Positions 8,609 to 17,273 of a stretch of DNA of 63,744 nucleotides are shown here, one piece after another. The translations under genes were made by a program, and so were the position numbers. Position 1 is the stretch's first letter, and each line of letters starts with the position of its first letter. The notes beneath the pieces were generated by a model. The model saw only the letters and a program-made list of their open reading frames with translations. It searched no databases and was not told the DNA's origin. Origin of the DNA: Candidatus Aenigmatarchaeota archaeon (GTDB lineage: Archaea; Aenigmatarchaeota; Aenigmatarchaeia; PWEA01); assembly GCA_003553905.1 (NCBI GenBank), contig PWEA01000035.1:1-63744 (forward strand). Direction: 5' to 3'.

Positions 8609-9316
8609 ATGGCTGAAGAACAAACAAAGGACTGGACACCACAGACAGAACTTGGAAAAGAAGTTGTAGATGGAAAGATAACATCGGTAGATGAGATATA
8701 CGAACAGGGAAGAAAGATAATGGAACCCGAGATAGTAGATATACTCTTACCTAATCTTGATCACGAGCTCATACTTATAGGTGGTTCTCCGGGTAAAGGT
8801 GGTGGTATAAGGAGGACACCTGCCAAAAGAACTGCAAAAATGCATAAGAGTGGCCGTAAATACAAAATGACCTCCTTTGCAGTTATAGGTAACAGAAACG
8901 GTTATGCTGGAATAGGAGAAGGACAGGCAACGGGATCCGGTGCCTTCAGAACTGCAATACAAAAGTCCATAAAGAATTCGAAGTTAAATATAATACCTGT
9001 TCGAAGAGGATGTGGATCGTGGGAATGTGAATGTGGTTCACACCATTCGATACCCACCGAAATAAAGGGAAAATCAGGAAGTGTAACTGTAGTACTGAAA
9101 CCAGCACCAAAGGGTGTTGGTCTCGTAGTTTCCGACGAGGTTAAAAAGTTCCTAGAACTTGCGGGGATAGAAGACTGCTGGGCAAAAACCTTCGGAAAGA
9201 CAAGAACACGGACCAATCTGATAAAAGCAGTCTACAACGCCCTAAAGAATCTAAACCAACTAAAGATAGAAGAAGACTTCAAGAAAAAATCAGGAACTAT
9301 CATAGGTGAAGCATGA
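8609..9316 (+). CDS. rps5: 30S ribosomal protein uS5
   Basis: The 235-aa ORF contains FAVIGNRNGYAGIGEG and VVLKPAPKGVGLV. Confidence 0.94.
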   Translation: MAEEQTKDWTPQTELGKEVVDGKITSVDEIYEQGRKIMEPEIVDILLPNLDHELILIGGSPGKGGGIRRTPAKRTAKMHKSGRKYKMTSFAVIGNRNGYAGIGEGQATGSGAFRTAIQKSIKNSKLNIIPVRRGCGSWECECGSHHSIPTEIKGKSGSVTVVLKPAPKGVGLVVSDEVKKFLELAGIEDCWAKTFGKTRTRTNLIKAVYNALKNLNQLKIEEDFKKKSGTIIGEA

Positions 9317-9717
9317 TGTATGCAGTTTTACGTATAAGAGGAAAGGTTGGGCTGAGTAAGGATATAGAAGATACCTTAAAAATGTTAAATCTCAAAAGGA
9401 AATTCAACTGTACCCTAGTTCCTGAAACAGATGATTACAGGGGAATGCTAAAAAAAGTACAGAACTACATAACATGGGGCAGTATCAACAAAGACACAGC
9501 AAAAAAAATTCTATCAAAGGAAGGCATAGAGGATGCGAGTAAAATCATAGAGGGATTGGAAGAAGGAAAGACCCTTGGAAAAATGGATGTCAAAAGGACC
9601 TTTTCCATGTCACCCCCATCAGGAGGATTCAAGAAAACTACAAAGAAAATATACCCAAAGGGGGAAGCAGGAAACAGAGGGGAAAATGCCGACGTGTTCT
9701 TCAAAAAAGTGGTGTAA
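9313..9717 (+). CDS. rpl30: 50S ribosomal protein uL30
   Basis: YAVLRIRGKVGLSKDIEDTLKMLNL is present. The start overlaps the S5 stop (ATGA). Confidence 0.9.
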   Translation: MMYAVLRIRGKVGLSKDIEDTLKMLNLKRKFNCTLVPETDDYRGMLKKVQNYITWGSINKDTAKKILSKEGIEDASKIIEGLEEGKTLGKMDVKRTFSMSPPSGGFKKTTKKIYPKGEAGNRGENADVFFKKVV

Positions 9718-9720
9718 ATA

Positions 9721-10137
9721 ATGTCAAAAAGAAAGAAGTATAGAGGATCTGGAACACACGGAAGTGGTTCTAAGAAAAAAAGGAGGGGCGCAGGATCACG
9801 AGTAGGCAGAGGAAAGGGTGGGCAGAAACACAGAAAGTTCAAGTACATGAAAGAAAAAGGGAAAAAGAAGGGTTTCAAAAGACCGGTTGCAGTTAGAAAA
9901 ACAAAAAAAGGAATAAACATAAAAGAACTAGAACAAAAGCTCGATGAACTTGTTGATATCGGAGCAGCAGAACAAAAAGATGACGGATTCAAAGTAAATC
10001 TAAAGCAAGCAGGCTATGACAAACTACTTGGTTCGGGTAAAATTACACAAAAATTGGAAGTAGAAGCCGAAGACTTCTCGGAAGAGGCCAAGGAAAAGCT
10101 AGAGGAAACAGGGGGAAGCGCCATTGAAATATCGTGA
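9721..10137 (+). CDS. rpl15: 50S ribosomal protein uL15
   Basis: The Gly/Lys-rich N-terminus (RGSGTHGSGSKKKRRGAGSRVGRG) and position upstream of secY fit uL15. Confidence 0.9.
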   Translation: MSKRKKYRGSGTHGSGSKKKRRGAGSRVGRGKGGQKHRKFKYMKEKGKKKGFKRPVAVRKTKKGINIKELEQKLDELVDIGAAEQKDDGFKVNLKQAGYDKLLGSGKITQKLEVEAEDFSEEAKEKLEETGGSAIEIS

Positions 10138-11530
10138 CCTACTTTCTATAGCTCCTGGTATCGAAGGACCAACCAAAAGACTCAACTTCAACAGCAAACT
10201 CAAATGGACAGGTATAATAGTTATAATATACTTTATAATGGGAAACATAACCGTGTGGGGAGTTTCCCCGGTGGGACTTGAAAGATTTGAATTCTTACAG
10301 ACTATAGTTGCTTCCGAGTTCGGTTCTCTTATAACCCTGGGAATTGTGCCTATTGTTAATGCTTCTATTATACTACAGCTTCTGACAGGAAGTGAAATAC
10401 TCCAATGGGACACAAGCACTGCAGAAGGTAAGAAGCTTTTCATGGGAACACAGAAACTCCTGGCCATGGCATTCTGTGTTATACAGGCAATAGCATTCGT
10501 TTCATTTGGTGCAATACCTGCACAAACAGGGATGACAGGTTTCGTAATAGCGCAGGTTGCAGCCGGTGGAATACTGATAGTTCTTATGGATGAAGTGATA
10601 TCAAAATGGGGATTCGGATCTGGTGTATCCCTTTTCATTGCATCGGGTGTATCGATGCAGATAGTACAGAGGCTTCTCAATCCACTTACTGCACAGGGAA
10701 CCCTACCTTCGGCTGCAGAGGGAGCAGTTGGATACATACCACAGGTATTCCAAACCCTAGCAGCAGGAAATCTTGTTGAAACTGCTGCATCGCTTATACC
10801 GATAATATTCACAGTACTGATATTTTTCCTTGTTATATACCTCAACGCAATGAAGGTAGAGATACCTCTTGCATTTGGACAGGTCAAGGGTTTTGGCCAG
10901 AGATACCCACTAAATCTACTTTACACCAGCGTAATTCCAATAATTTTTACCCATGCAATGCTCGCAAACTTAAATATAATGGGACAGATGCTCGCAGATA
11001 GAGGGATGCCTCTGCTTGGTACCTTCGGAGAAGGAGGTATACCAGAATCGGGTCTCCTCTACTGGATATACAGTCCACAAGCAGCCACACCCAGAGATGG
11101 ACTGCTAACAGAGATAGTTGTAAGTAGAATAACAGAAGCTCCACTTCCCGAAATTACAATCGCATGGATACCCTATGCAGCCACAGTTTGTGCTCTAACA
11201 ATACTTTTCTCTGTTTTCTGGGCCAAGACATCGGGTCAGGACTCTCAGACTGTCGCAGAGAGGATACATAACATGGGAATGTCTGTTCCGGGATACAGAA
11301 GAGACAAGAGGATAATAAAAAGAATACTGGATAGGTATATACCCTACCTTGCAATACTTTCGGGGCTGTTCATAGGTCTCCTATCAGTGTTCTCAGACTT
11401 TTTCGGCGCAGTTGGAGGAGGCATAGGAATACTGCTTGCAACCATGATAATATACAAACTATACGAAGAACTAGCACAGCAACACATGGAGGATATGCAC
11501 CCGGCGTTGAGAAAGTTTATGAACAAATAG
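10124..11530 (+). CDS. secY: Preprotein translocase subunit SecY
   Basis: The 468-aa polytopic ORF has a SecY-type sequence and the conserved position after uL15. The start is TTG. Confidence 0.95.
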   Translation: MKYRDLLSIAPGIEGPTKRLNFNSKLKWTGIIVIIYFIMGNITVWGVSPVGLERFEFLQTIVASEFGSLITLGIVPIVNASIILQLLTGSEILQWDTSTAEGKKLFMGTQKLLAMAFCVIQAIAFVSFGAIPAQTGMTGFVIAQVAAGGILIVLMDEVISKWGFGSGVSLFIASGVSMQIVQRLLNPLTAQGTLPSAAEGAVGYIPQVFQTLAAGNLVETAASLIPIIFTVLIFFLVIYLNAMKVEIPLAFGQVKGFGQRYPLNLLYTSVIPIIFTHAMLANLNIMGQMLADRGMPLLGTFGEGGIPESGLLYWIYSPQAATPRDGLLTEIVVSRITEAPLPEITIAWIPYAATVCALTILFSVFWAKTSGQDSQTVAERIHNMGMSVPGYRRDKRIIKRILDRYIPYLAILSGLFIGLLSVFSDFFGAVGGGIGILLATMIIYKLYEELAQQHMEDMHPALRKFMNK

Positions 11531-11575
11531 ATAGACTTTTATTCAACAAAACAAAGGATATTACGGTGAAAAAAC

Positions 11576-12208
11576 ATGATATTTGAAAACACTATGTTAG
11601 GTGTCTTTATCATAGCTGTTACTACGAGCTTTGTCATATCGGTTTTCTACAAAGTCCTTATGGACCAGGAAAAGCTCGAGAAGATAAAGGAGAAGATGAA
11701 CGAACTCAAAGAAAAGTCAAAAGAAGCAAGAGAAGATGGCAACGAAGAGAAGGCAATGGAATACACACAAGACGTAATGAAACAAAGCCAGAAACAGATG
11801 AAGATGCAGTTTAAACCTATGATAGCCACATTTATTCTAATAATACCTATATTCTGGTTTGTTCTTCCGGGACTCTACCCAAACGCCACAGTTTCTATAA
11901 ACGAAACTGGTACACTGGAATATGGAAACATGGAAAGAACTGTATCCATAGAAGACATAGAACCACTTGAAGTAAAAATAGGAGACAAAACCTACGCAGA
12001 AAACGATATAGTCGATATGAACAGCTACAAGCTAAAGATAAGCGAATACAGAGAAAACGACCAGGAACTCGAACTTTCAAGAGTCGCAGTTCACCTACCC
12101 GTATCACTACCTTTCTGGGGAAATGCACTCGGATGGCTAGGTTGGTACATACTCATATCTCTAGGGGTTTCTCAGGTCTTTAGAAAGCTTATGGGAGCAA
12201 CGCCATGA
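11576..12208 (+). CDS. DUF106 / EMC3-TMCO1-like (Oxa1-superfamily) membrane insertase homologue
   Basis: The protein has TM1, a K/E coiled coil, TM2 and TM3, with C-terminal LPFWGNALGWLGWYILISL. Its position downstream of secY is conserved, although the usual adk is absent here. Confidence 0.7.
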   Translation: MIFENTMLGVFIIAVTTSFVISVFYKVLMDQEKLEKIKEKMNELKEKSKEAREDGNEEKAMEYTQDVMKQSQKQMKMQFKPMIATFILIIPIFWFVLPGLYPNATVSINETGTLEYGNMERTVSIEDIEPLEVKIGDKTYAENDIVDMNSYKLKISEYRENDQELELSRVAVHLPVSLPFWGNALGWLGWYILISLGVSQVFRKLMGATP

Positions 12209-13164
12209 AACGAGAGTTTAAGTTCCGAGAAGCGGTGGTTTCTGATCTGCGGTTTGGGAACTATCCCGGATCAAGATCAACAAAAGAACTAATCGAAAGA
12301 GGAATAGTAGTACTAGACAAACCAAAGGGACCTACTTCTCACCAGGTAAGTAGATGGGTTAAAGAAATACTTGATATAGACAAAGCAGGTCACACAGGAA
12401 CACTGGATCCGAAGGTAACAGGGATCCTTGTCATCGCTCTTAACAAGTCTACCAAAGCAATGCCTCTACTAAAAAATCTCGACAAGGAGTATATATCGGT
12501 TGTAGTTCTCCATGGCCAGGTTACAGAGGAAGAGGTCGAAGAAGCATTGGAAAGCTTCAGGGGAAAGATAAAACAAGTTCCCCCTAAAAAATCTGCAGTC
12601 AAGAGAAAAGAAAGGACCAGAACTATAAAAAATCTTGAGTTACTGGAAAAGGATGGGAAGGATCTGCTTTTGAAGATAAACTGCGAGGCAGGAACATACA
12701 TAAGAAAACTAGCACACGACCTGGGACAGAAACTGGGTTGTGGAGGACACATGAAAGAGTTAAGAAGAACAGCAGTCGGCCCGTTCGAAGAAACAGATGC
12801 GGTCAAACTTCAGACACTGAAAGACGACTATGTGTTCCATAGACAAGGAAAAAATCAAAATATAAGAAGCGATATACTTCCCGTGGAGGTTTCAGCGGAT
12901 GTATCAAAATGTATCGTAGTGAAGGATACTGCTATAGAGGCTATTTGCAACGGAGCAGATCTCGGTGTGGGTGGGATATCAGCCTTCGAAACTGGTATAA
13001 AACAAGACGAAAAGCTCTCGATTCTCTCTGGAAAGGGAGAACTTGTTGCGGTCGGAGAAGCGGAGATGAATTCAAACGAACTGCTAGAAAAGAAAAAAGG
13101 GAAGGCTGCATCACTTGTAAATGTTATAATGGCAAGGGAAACATATCCCAAGGGCTGGAGCTAA
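12205..13164 (+). CDS. cbf5: H/ACA RNP pseudouridine synthase Cbf5 (TruB family, with PUA domain)
   Basis: The GHTGTLDPKVTGILVIAL catalytic motif and a C-terminal PUA-like region are present. Confidence 0.93.
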   Translation: MKREFKFREAVVSDLRFGNYPGSRSTKELIERGIVVLDKPKGPTSHQVSRWVKEILDIDKAGHTGTLDPKVTGILVIALNKSTKAMPLLKNLDKEYISVVVLHGQVTEEEVEEALESFRGKIKQVPPKKSAVKRKERTRTIKNLELLEKDGKDLLLKINCEAGTYIRKLAHDLGQKLGCGGHMKELRRTAVGPFEETDAVKLQTLKDDYVFHRQGKNQNIRSDILPVEVSADVSKCIVVKDTAIEAICNGADLGVGGISAFETGIKQDEKLSILSGKGELVAVGEAEMNSNELLEKKKGKAASLVNVIMARETYPKGWS

Positions 13165-13177
13165 GACATACTGGAAA

Positions 13178-13194
13178 GATTTAAAAAGGTTTGG
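13178..13194 (+). promoter_or_regulatory. Candidate BRE/TATA promoter (GATTTAAAAAGGTTTGG)
   Basis: The TATA-like box is centred about 27 nt upstream of ATG 13211, which would make the transcript leaderless. The same motif precedes the 5S rRNA and tRNA-Asp genes. Confidence 0.4.
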
Positions 13195-13210
13195 ATTCAT
13201 AAGAGTTGTG

Positions 13211-13387
13211 ATGTCTGCCCCGGATAGCATGGATGGACTTATGGAAGTATTGGCCTGTCCAAAATGTAAGGGAAACGTAAAGCTTAATAAAAAGGAAAAC
13301 AAGATAGTTTGCCACGACTGCCGACTTAAGTTTTCCGTCGACGAAGGCATACCAAACATGCTTTTGGAGGACGCGGAGGGATTTTAA
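13211..13387 (+). CDS. trm112: Trm112-like zinc-ribbon protein (methyltransferase activator family)
   Basis: This 58-aa ORF is not in the track. It reads ...LACPKCKGNVKLNKKENKIVCHDCRLKFSVDEGIPNMLLED, which fits the Trm112/UPF0434 pattern. Confidence 0.75.
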   Translation: MSAPDSMDGLMEVLACPKCKGNVKLNKKENKIVCHDCRLKFSVDEGIPNMLLEDAEGF

Positions 13388-13396
13388 CGGCAATAT

Positions 13397-13572
13397 GCCG
13401 GGGTAGCGAAGCCAGGTTCAACGCGCCGGACTTGAGACCGGATCTGTTGACGAAAGGATGATAAACAGGTTTTCGAGAGATCCGGTGGGTCGCGTAAGAC
13501 CTGTTGTCTGCGGAAGCCCGCGTGGGTTCAAAAGAAGCCAAAAGGTTTCAGGAAATCCCACCCCCGGCGCCA
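13397..13572 (+). tRNA. tRNA-Ser(UGA), 176 nt, multiple introns, CCA encoded
   Basis: The acceptor stem is GCCGGGG/CCCCGGC. The anticodon arm is CCGGA-CUUGAG|43-nt intron|A-UCCGG. The T arm GTGGG-TTCAAA...T-CCCAC is interrupted by about 23 nt, and the variable region is about 20 nt too long. Confidence 0.8.
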
Positions 13573-13592
13573 AATAAAGGAAAAATGGTAAT

Positions 13593-14054
13593 ATGACCGA
13601 AGGTAGACGAAACATACTGAGAATATTTGGGACAGACGTCCCGGGAGACGTAGGAATAGGTGAAGGTCTAAGAAATATAAAGGGTATAAGCTTTTCAACA
13701 AGTAAACCTATACTCAAGGAAGCCGGAATAGACCCGGACAAATATGCTGGAGATATAAGCAAGGAAGAAAAAGAGAGCATAGAAAAGGTAATAAAAAGCA
13801 GTAACATACCATCACATCTTGTTAATAGAAGGAAGGACCCCGAAACAGGTAAAGACATGATGTTAACATCAAACGATCTGGATATGCAGAACAGACAGGA
13901 TATAGAAGATATGAAGAAACTCGGCAGCTACAAGGGACTTAGACACAGGCGTGGACTTCCTGTTAGAGGGCAGAAAACCAAGTCAAGTTTCAGAGGCGAC
14001 TCCTCGGTCGGGGTTGCAACTGCAAAGATAAAGAAGAAGTCGGAAAGTGATTAA
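13593..14054 (+). CDS. rps13: 30S ribosomal protein uS13
   Basis: The 153-aa ORF contains ILRIFGTDVPGD and YKGLRHRRGLPVRGQKTK. Confidence 0.93.
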   Translation: MTEGRRNILRIFGTDVPGDVGIGEGLRNIKGISFSTSKPILKEAGIDPDKYAGDISKEEKESIEKVIKSSNIPSHLVNRRKDPETGKDMMLTSNDLDMQNRQDIEDMKKLGSYKGLRHRRGLPVRGQKTKSSFRGDSSVGVATAKIKKKSESD

Positions 14055-14056
14055 AT

Positions 14057-14536
14057 ATGGGAGATCCAAAAAAGCAGAGAAAGAAATACGAAAAACCCTT
14101 TATACCATGGGACGAGCGAAGAATAGAAAACGACAAAAGTATAATGGAAGACTACGGTATGAAAAGGAAGGAAGAGATACTGAAGATGGAGAGTTTTCTG
14201 AGAGAGCTCAGAAGAAGAGCAAGAGACGCAGCAGCAGGCACCACAGAAAAGGAAAAGGAAGAGCTTCTTAAAAAATGTAGAAAGATAGGACTTATCGGGG
14301 AAGACGATGATATAGGTCAGATACTTAGAATCCAGCTAAGGGATGTGCTCGAAAAGAGGCTACAGACTATTGTATCAAAAATAGACGGCGTCGGAAGTGT
14401 GGACCAAGCAAGACAGCTAGTAGTACATGGTCACGTCAAGGTAGGGAATAGAACAATGCACTCGCCCTCCTTTCTGGTACCAAAAAAACTTGAAGATAAA
14501 ATATCAGTAGATGAAAAAACAGTTTTAAGTGAATAA
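14057..14536 (+). CDS. rps4: 30S ribosomal protein uS4
   Basis: [14 protein letters not shown] and the S4 RNA-binding domain ([29 protein letters not shown]) are present. Confidence 0.93.
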   Translation: MGDPKKQRKKYEKPFIPWDERRIENDKSIMEDYGMKRKEEILKMESFLRELRRRARDAAAGTTEKEKEELLKKCRKIGLIGEDDDIGQILRIQLRDVLEKRLQTIVSKIDGVGSVDQARQLVVHGHVKVGNRTMHSPSFLVPKKLEDKISVDEKTVLSE

Positions 14537-14537
14537 T

Positions 14538-14924
14538 ATGACTAAGAAAAAAGGATTGGCACATATATACTCATCGGACAACAACACTATAATACATATA
14601 ACCGACATGAGTGGCGCAGAATCAATAAGTAGATACACCGGCGGTATGGTAACTGAACAGGATAGAAACAAAGGAGCCCCCTTCGCAGCAATGCAAGCGG
14701 CCAAAAAAGCAGCAAAGGACGCAAAGGAAAAGGGGATTAAGAAGGTCGACATAAAGGTAAGGGCACCAGGAGGCCATGGATCAAAGAGTCCAGGATCCGG
14801 TGCACAACCAGCAATACGTGCAATAGCAAGAGCCGGTATGAAAATCGGGAAGATAGAAGATATAACTCCAATACCTCATGACTCGACAAGAAGACCAGGA
14901 GGCAAAAGGGGGAAGAGGGTATAA
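14538..14924 (+). CDS. rps11: 30S ribosomal protein uS11
   Basis: [18 protein letters not shown] and [22 protein letters not shown] are present. ATG 14538 follows the S4 stop; GTG 14529 is an alternative start. Confidence 0.93.
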   Translation: MTKKKGLAHIYSSDNNTIIHITDMSGAESISRYTGGMVTEQDRNKGAPFAAMQAAKKAAKDAKEKGIKKVDIKVRAPGGHGSKSPGSGAQPAIRAIARAGMKIGKIEDITPIPHDSTRRPGGKRGKRV

Positions 14925-14925
14925 A

Positions 14926-15708
14926 ATGAAAATCGAAAAAATCGACGGCGAAGATAAAAAGGTTAAGTTTATTGTAGAAGACACCAGTCCTTCTATGATG
15001 AATGCTGTGAGGAGGATTTCAATGAACCACATCCCTGTACTCGCGATAGAAGATGTCGGGATAATTCAAAACAGCTCGCCCGTGTTCGACGAGACCATAG
15101 CACAGAGACTGGGTCAAGTACCGCTGGTATTTGATTCTGAAAAGTTTGACGTGAAGGAAAACTGCGACTGTGAGGAGGGCTGTTCAAACTGTGAGGCCAA
15201 ATTTACACTGAAGGGACAAGGACCCGGTAAGATATACTCCGGTGATCTGACATGCGAAACAGGAGATGTAGAGATTCTCTACGATAAAATTCCCATAGCA
15301 GAACTTGATGATGATCAGGAAGTTGAACTGGAAGCAACCGCTATAATTTCAACAGGCAAGGACCACTCAAAACACCAGGCAGCCATATCATCCTATCAAT
15401 ACTACCCTATAATAGACATAGACAACGAAGAGCTTACAAAAAAACAAAAGAAGAAGTGTGTGGAAGTCTGTCCGAGAGAGGTTTTAGAAATAAAAAACGA
15501 TAAGTTGAAGGTCAAGGACGAAATGAAGTGTACGCTTTGTAAGGAATGTACCGAGGAAGTTGGTTCAGGAATAGTTGTTGCCGGAGACGAAGAAAAGTTT
15601 ATATTCAAAGTAGAATCTATATGTTCCCTTGATCCAAAGGAAGTACTTGAAAAGACCGCTGAAATACTTGAGGAGAAGGTAGAAAGAGTAATTGAAAAAC
15701 TAAGTTAG
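14926..15708 (+). CDS. rpoD: DNA-directed RNA polymerase subunit D (Rpo3)
   Basis: I chose ATG 14926. The sequence includes VKFIVEDTSPSMMNAVRRISMNHIPVLAIE and a Cys-rich insert (CVEVCP...CTLCKEC). It follows S11. Confidence 0.9.
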   Translation: MKIEKIDGEDKKVKFIVEDTSPSMMNAVRRISMNHIPVLAIEDVGIIQNSSPVFDETIAQRLGQVPLVFDSEKFDVKENCDCEEGCSNCEAKFTLKGQGPGKIYSGDLTCETGDVEILYDKIPIAELDDDQEVELEATAIISTGKDHSKHQAAISSYQYYPIIDIDNEELTKKQKKKCVEVCPREVLEIKNDKLKVKDEMKCTLCKECTEEVGSGIVVAGDEEKFIFKVESICSLDPKEVLEKTAEILEEKVERVIEKLS

Positions 15709-15862
15709 CGGGGGTAACCAAGCGGTCAAAGGTAAAGATACGACTAAAGGTGCAGGACTTAAGTTTACAGCTTAAGTATTGAGTCCCGAACCACAAACCG
15801 GGCACAATGATAAGAAATCCTGTGGCTTAGTGCCTTCGTCGGTTCGAATCCGGCCCCCCGCA
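15708..15862 (+). tRNA. tRNA-Leu(UAA), 155 nt, two introns, no encoded CCA
   Basis: The acceptor stem is GCGGGGG/CCCCCGC. The anticodon arm is CAGGA-CUUAAG|53-nt intron|A-UCCUG. An extra 18 nt (AAAGATACGACTAAAGGT, flanked by a repeated AAAGGT) lies at the D-arm/position-26 junction. The first base overlaps the rpoD stop codon. Confidence 0.75.
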
Positions 15863-15882
15863 TCACGAACAAAGGTGTTGAC

Positions 15883-16236
15883 ATGAACAAAACGAACCCT
15901 GTTTTGAAAAAAACCATAAACAAGGTAGAAGAGAAGGGCAGAAAGGAAGATATAGATATCTGGAATGATGTTGCAGATAGACTGAGAAAAAGCCGGAGAA
16001 AGAAAGACGCTGTAAATATTGCAAAGATAAACAGACATTCCGAAGATGGAAAAACCGTGCTTGTACCTGGTAAAGTAACAGGATACGGTACACTTGATAA
16101 AAATGTCCGGGTTGCAGCATTTGATTTCTCAAGGAACGCAAGGAAAAAGATAAACGACAAGGGAACTGCTTTAAGTATAATTGAGCTACTTAAAGAAAAT
16201 CCATCGGGTAAAAATGTGAGGATAATGGAGGGTTAA
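15883..16236 (+). CDS. rpl18e: 50S ribosomal protein eL18
   Basis: The 117-aa ORF contains WNDVADRL and VLVPGKVTGYG, an eL18 pattern. It lies upstream of L13 and S9. Confidence 0.88.
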   Translation: MNKTNPVLKKTINKVEEKGRKEDIDIWNDVADRLRKSRRKKDAVNIAKINRHSEDGKTVLVPGKVTGYGTLDKNVRVAAFDFSRNARKKINDKGTALSIIELLKENPSGKNVRIMEG

Positions 16237-16237
16237 A

Positions 16238-16639
16238 ATGATTATAGATGCAAAAAATCAGGTTCTTGGACGGATGTCATCGGAAGTAGCACCCCTTCTG
16301 CTGGATGGAGAAGAAATAAAAATAATAAACTCCGAGAAGGCTGTTATAACCGGAAGGCCTGAAAACACCATAAAGAAATATCTCAAAAAGAAGAGCATAG
16401 GAGATCCCAAACACGGCCCAAAATCCTCACTCCGATCAGAAAATATCGTAAGAGATTCTGTAAAGGGCATGCTTCCCATAAAGAAAAGCAGAGGAAAACA
16501 GGCACTCAAAAGACTTAGAGTTATTAGAGGAAACAATGAAGAAGAAAAGGGTAAAAAGTTAGGCAAGGGTACGAAAAACCTGACAACAAATTATATAACT
16601 ATAGAAGAGTTATCAGAAAGAATAGGTGGTAAAAAATGA
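16238..16639 (+). CDS. rpl13: 50S ribosomal protein uL13
   Basis: MIIDAKNQVLGRMSSEVA is a typical uL13 N-terminus. Confidence 0.92.
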   Translation: MIIDAKNQVLGRMSSEVAPLLLDGEEIKIINSEKAVITGRPENTIKKYLKKKSIGDPKHGPKSSLRSENIVRDSVKGMLPIKKSRGKQALKRLRVIRGNNEEEKGKKLGKGTKNLTTNYITIEELSERIGGKK

Positions 16640-17037
16640 CCGTCAACACCACAGGAAAAAGGAAGGAAGCTAAGGCCAGAGTAAAAGTAGAAGAGGGCAA
16701 TGGTAATATAAGAATAAACTCACGTCCTCTTCAAAGCTTTAGCGATGAGATGGTAAGACTAATGATAAGAGAACCCATCGAGTTAGCCGGAGAAATATCG
16801 GATGAAGTCGATATCGATATCAATGTCTCGGGTGGAGGTAAGGTAGGACAGGCCGATGCAGTAAGACAGGCAATTGCCAAGGGACTTGTAAAGTTTACCG
16901 GAGACGAAAAACTTGAAAAGAAGTTCGAGGACTACGACAGATATCTACTTGTCGCAGATGATAGAACCACAGAACCACACAAACCCTCTGTATCTTCAAA
17001 GGGTGCAAGAAAACACAAACAGAGGAGTAAGAGGTGA
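16636..17037 (+). CDS. rps9: 30S ribosomal protein uS9
   Basis: GKRKEAKARV and the C-terminal GARKHKQRSKR are present. Confidence 0.93.
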   Translation: MTVNTTGKRKEAKARVKVEEGNGNIRINSRPLQSFSDEMVRLMIREPIELAGEISDEVDIDINVSGGGKVGQADAVRQAIAKGLVKFTGDEKLEKKFEDYDRYLLVADDRTTEPHKPSVSSKGARKHKQRSKR

Positions 17038-17041
17038 CAAA

Positions 17042-17233
17042 ATGATAATACCTGTAAGATGTATAAGTTGTGGTAAGCCGGTTGGTCATCTATGGGAAGA
17101 CTTCCAGGAAAGAAGGGAAGACGGAGATCCAAAAGAGATATTGGATGATCTTGGCATTGAAAGATACTGCTGCAGAAGTCTGTTTTTAACCCACGCAGAT
17201 CTTGCCGCAAAGGCAGCCAAGTTCAAGAAGTAG
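17042..17233 (+). CDS. rpoN: DNA-directed RNA polymerase subunit N (Rpo10)
   Basis: MIIPVRCISCGKPVGHLWEDF...RYCCR is present. I chose ATG 17042 (the track ORF starts at 16913 inside S9). Confidence 0.92.
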   Translation: MIIPVRCISCGKPVGHLWEDFQERREDGDPKEILDDLGIERYCCRSLFLTHADLAAKAAKFKK

Positions 17234-17242
17234 TGCCCAATC

Positions 17243-17257
17243 TTTATTTATAATAAA
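17243..17257 (+). promoter_or_regulatory. Candidate TATA box (TTTATTTATAATAAA)
   Basis: The AT-rich box is centred about 24 nt upstream of the GTG 17274 start of the surface-protein gene. Confidence 0.35.
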
Positions 17258-17273
17258 CACAAACCTATTACTG

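Noticed and set aside
10099-10887. A 262-aa minus-strand ORF inside secY.
   Set aside because: It lies opposite an unambiguous SecY coding region, has an unusual composition and has no start context. It is treated as spurious.
11876-12091. An apparent 70-aa extracytoplasmic insertion between TM2 and TM3 of the DUF106 insertase homologue.
   Set aside because: I cannot verify from memory that typical archaeal DUF106 proteins lack a loop of this length, since overall length (210 aa) is within the family range. It is not reported as a finding.
14047-14271. Alternative-frame ORFs inside uS4 (14047-14271) and cbf5 (12909-13184).
   Set aside because: They are overlapped by strongly supported genes in another frame, and their products are basic low-complexity sequences.
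17202-17273. The TTG 17202 start given by the ORF track for the surface protein, which overlaps rpoN by 32 nt.
   Set aside because: The extension encodes a non-hydrophobic leader. GTG 17274 gives a proper signal-like N-terminus and lies about 24 nt downstream of a TATA-like box.
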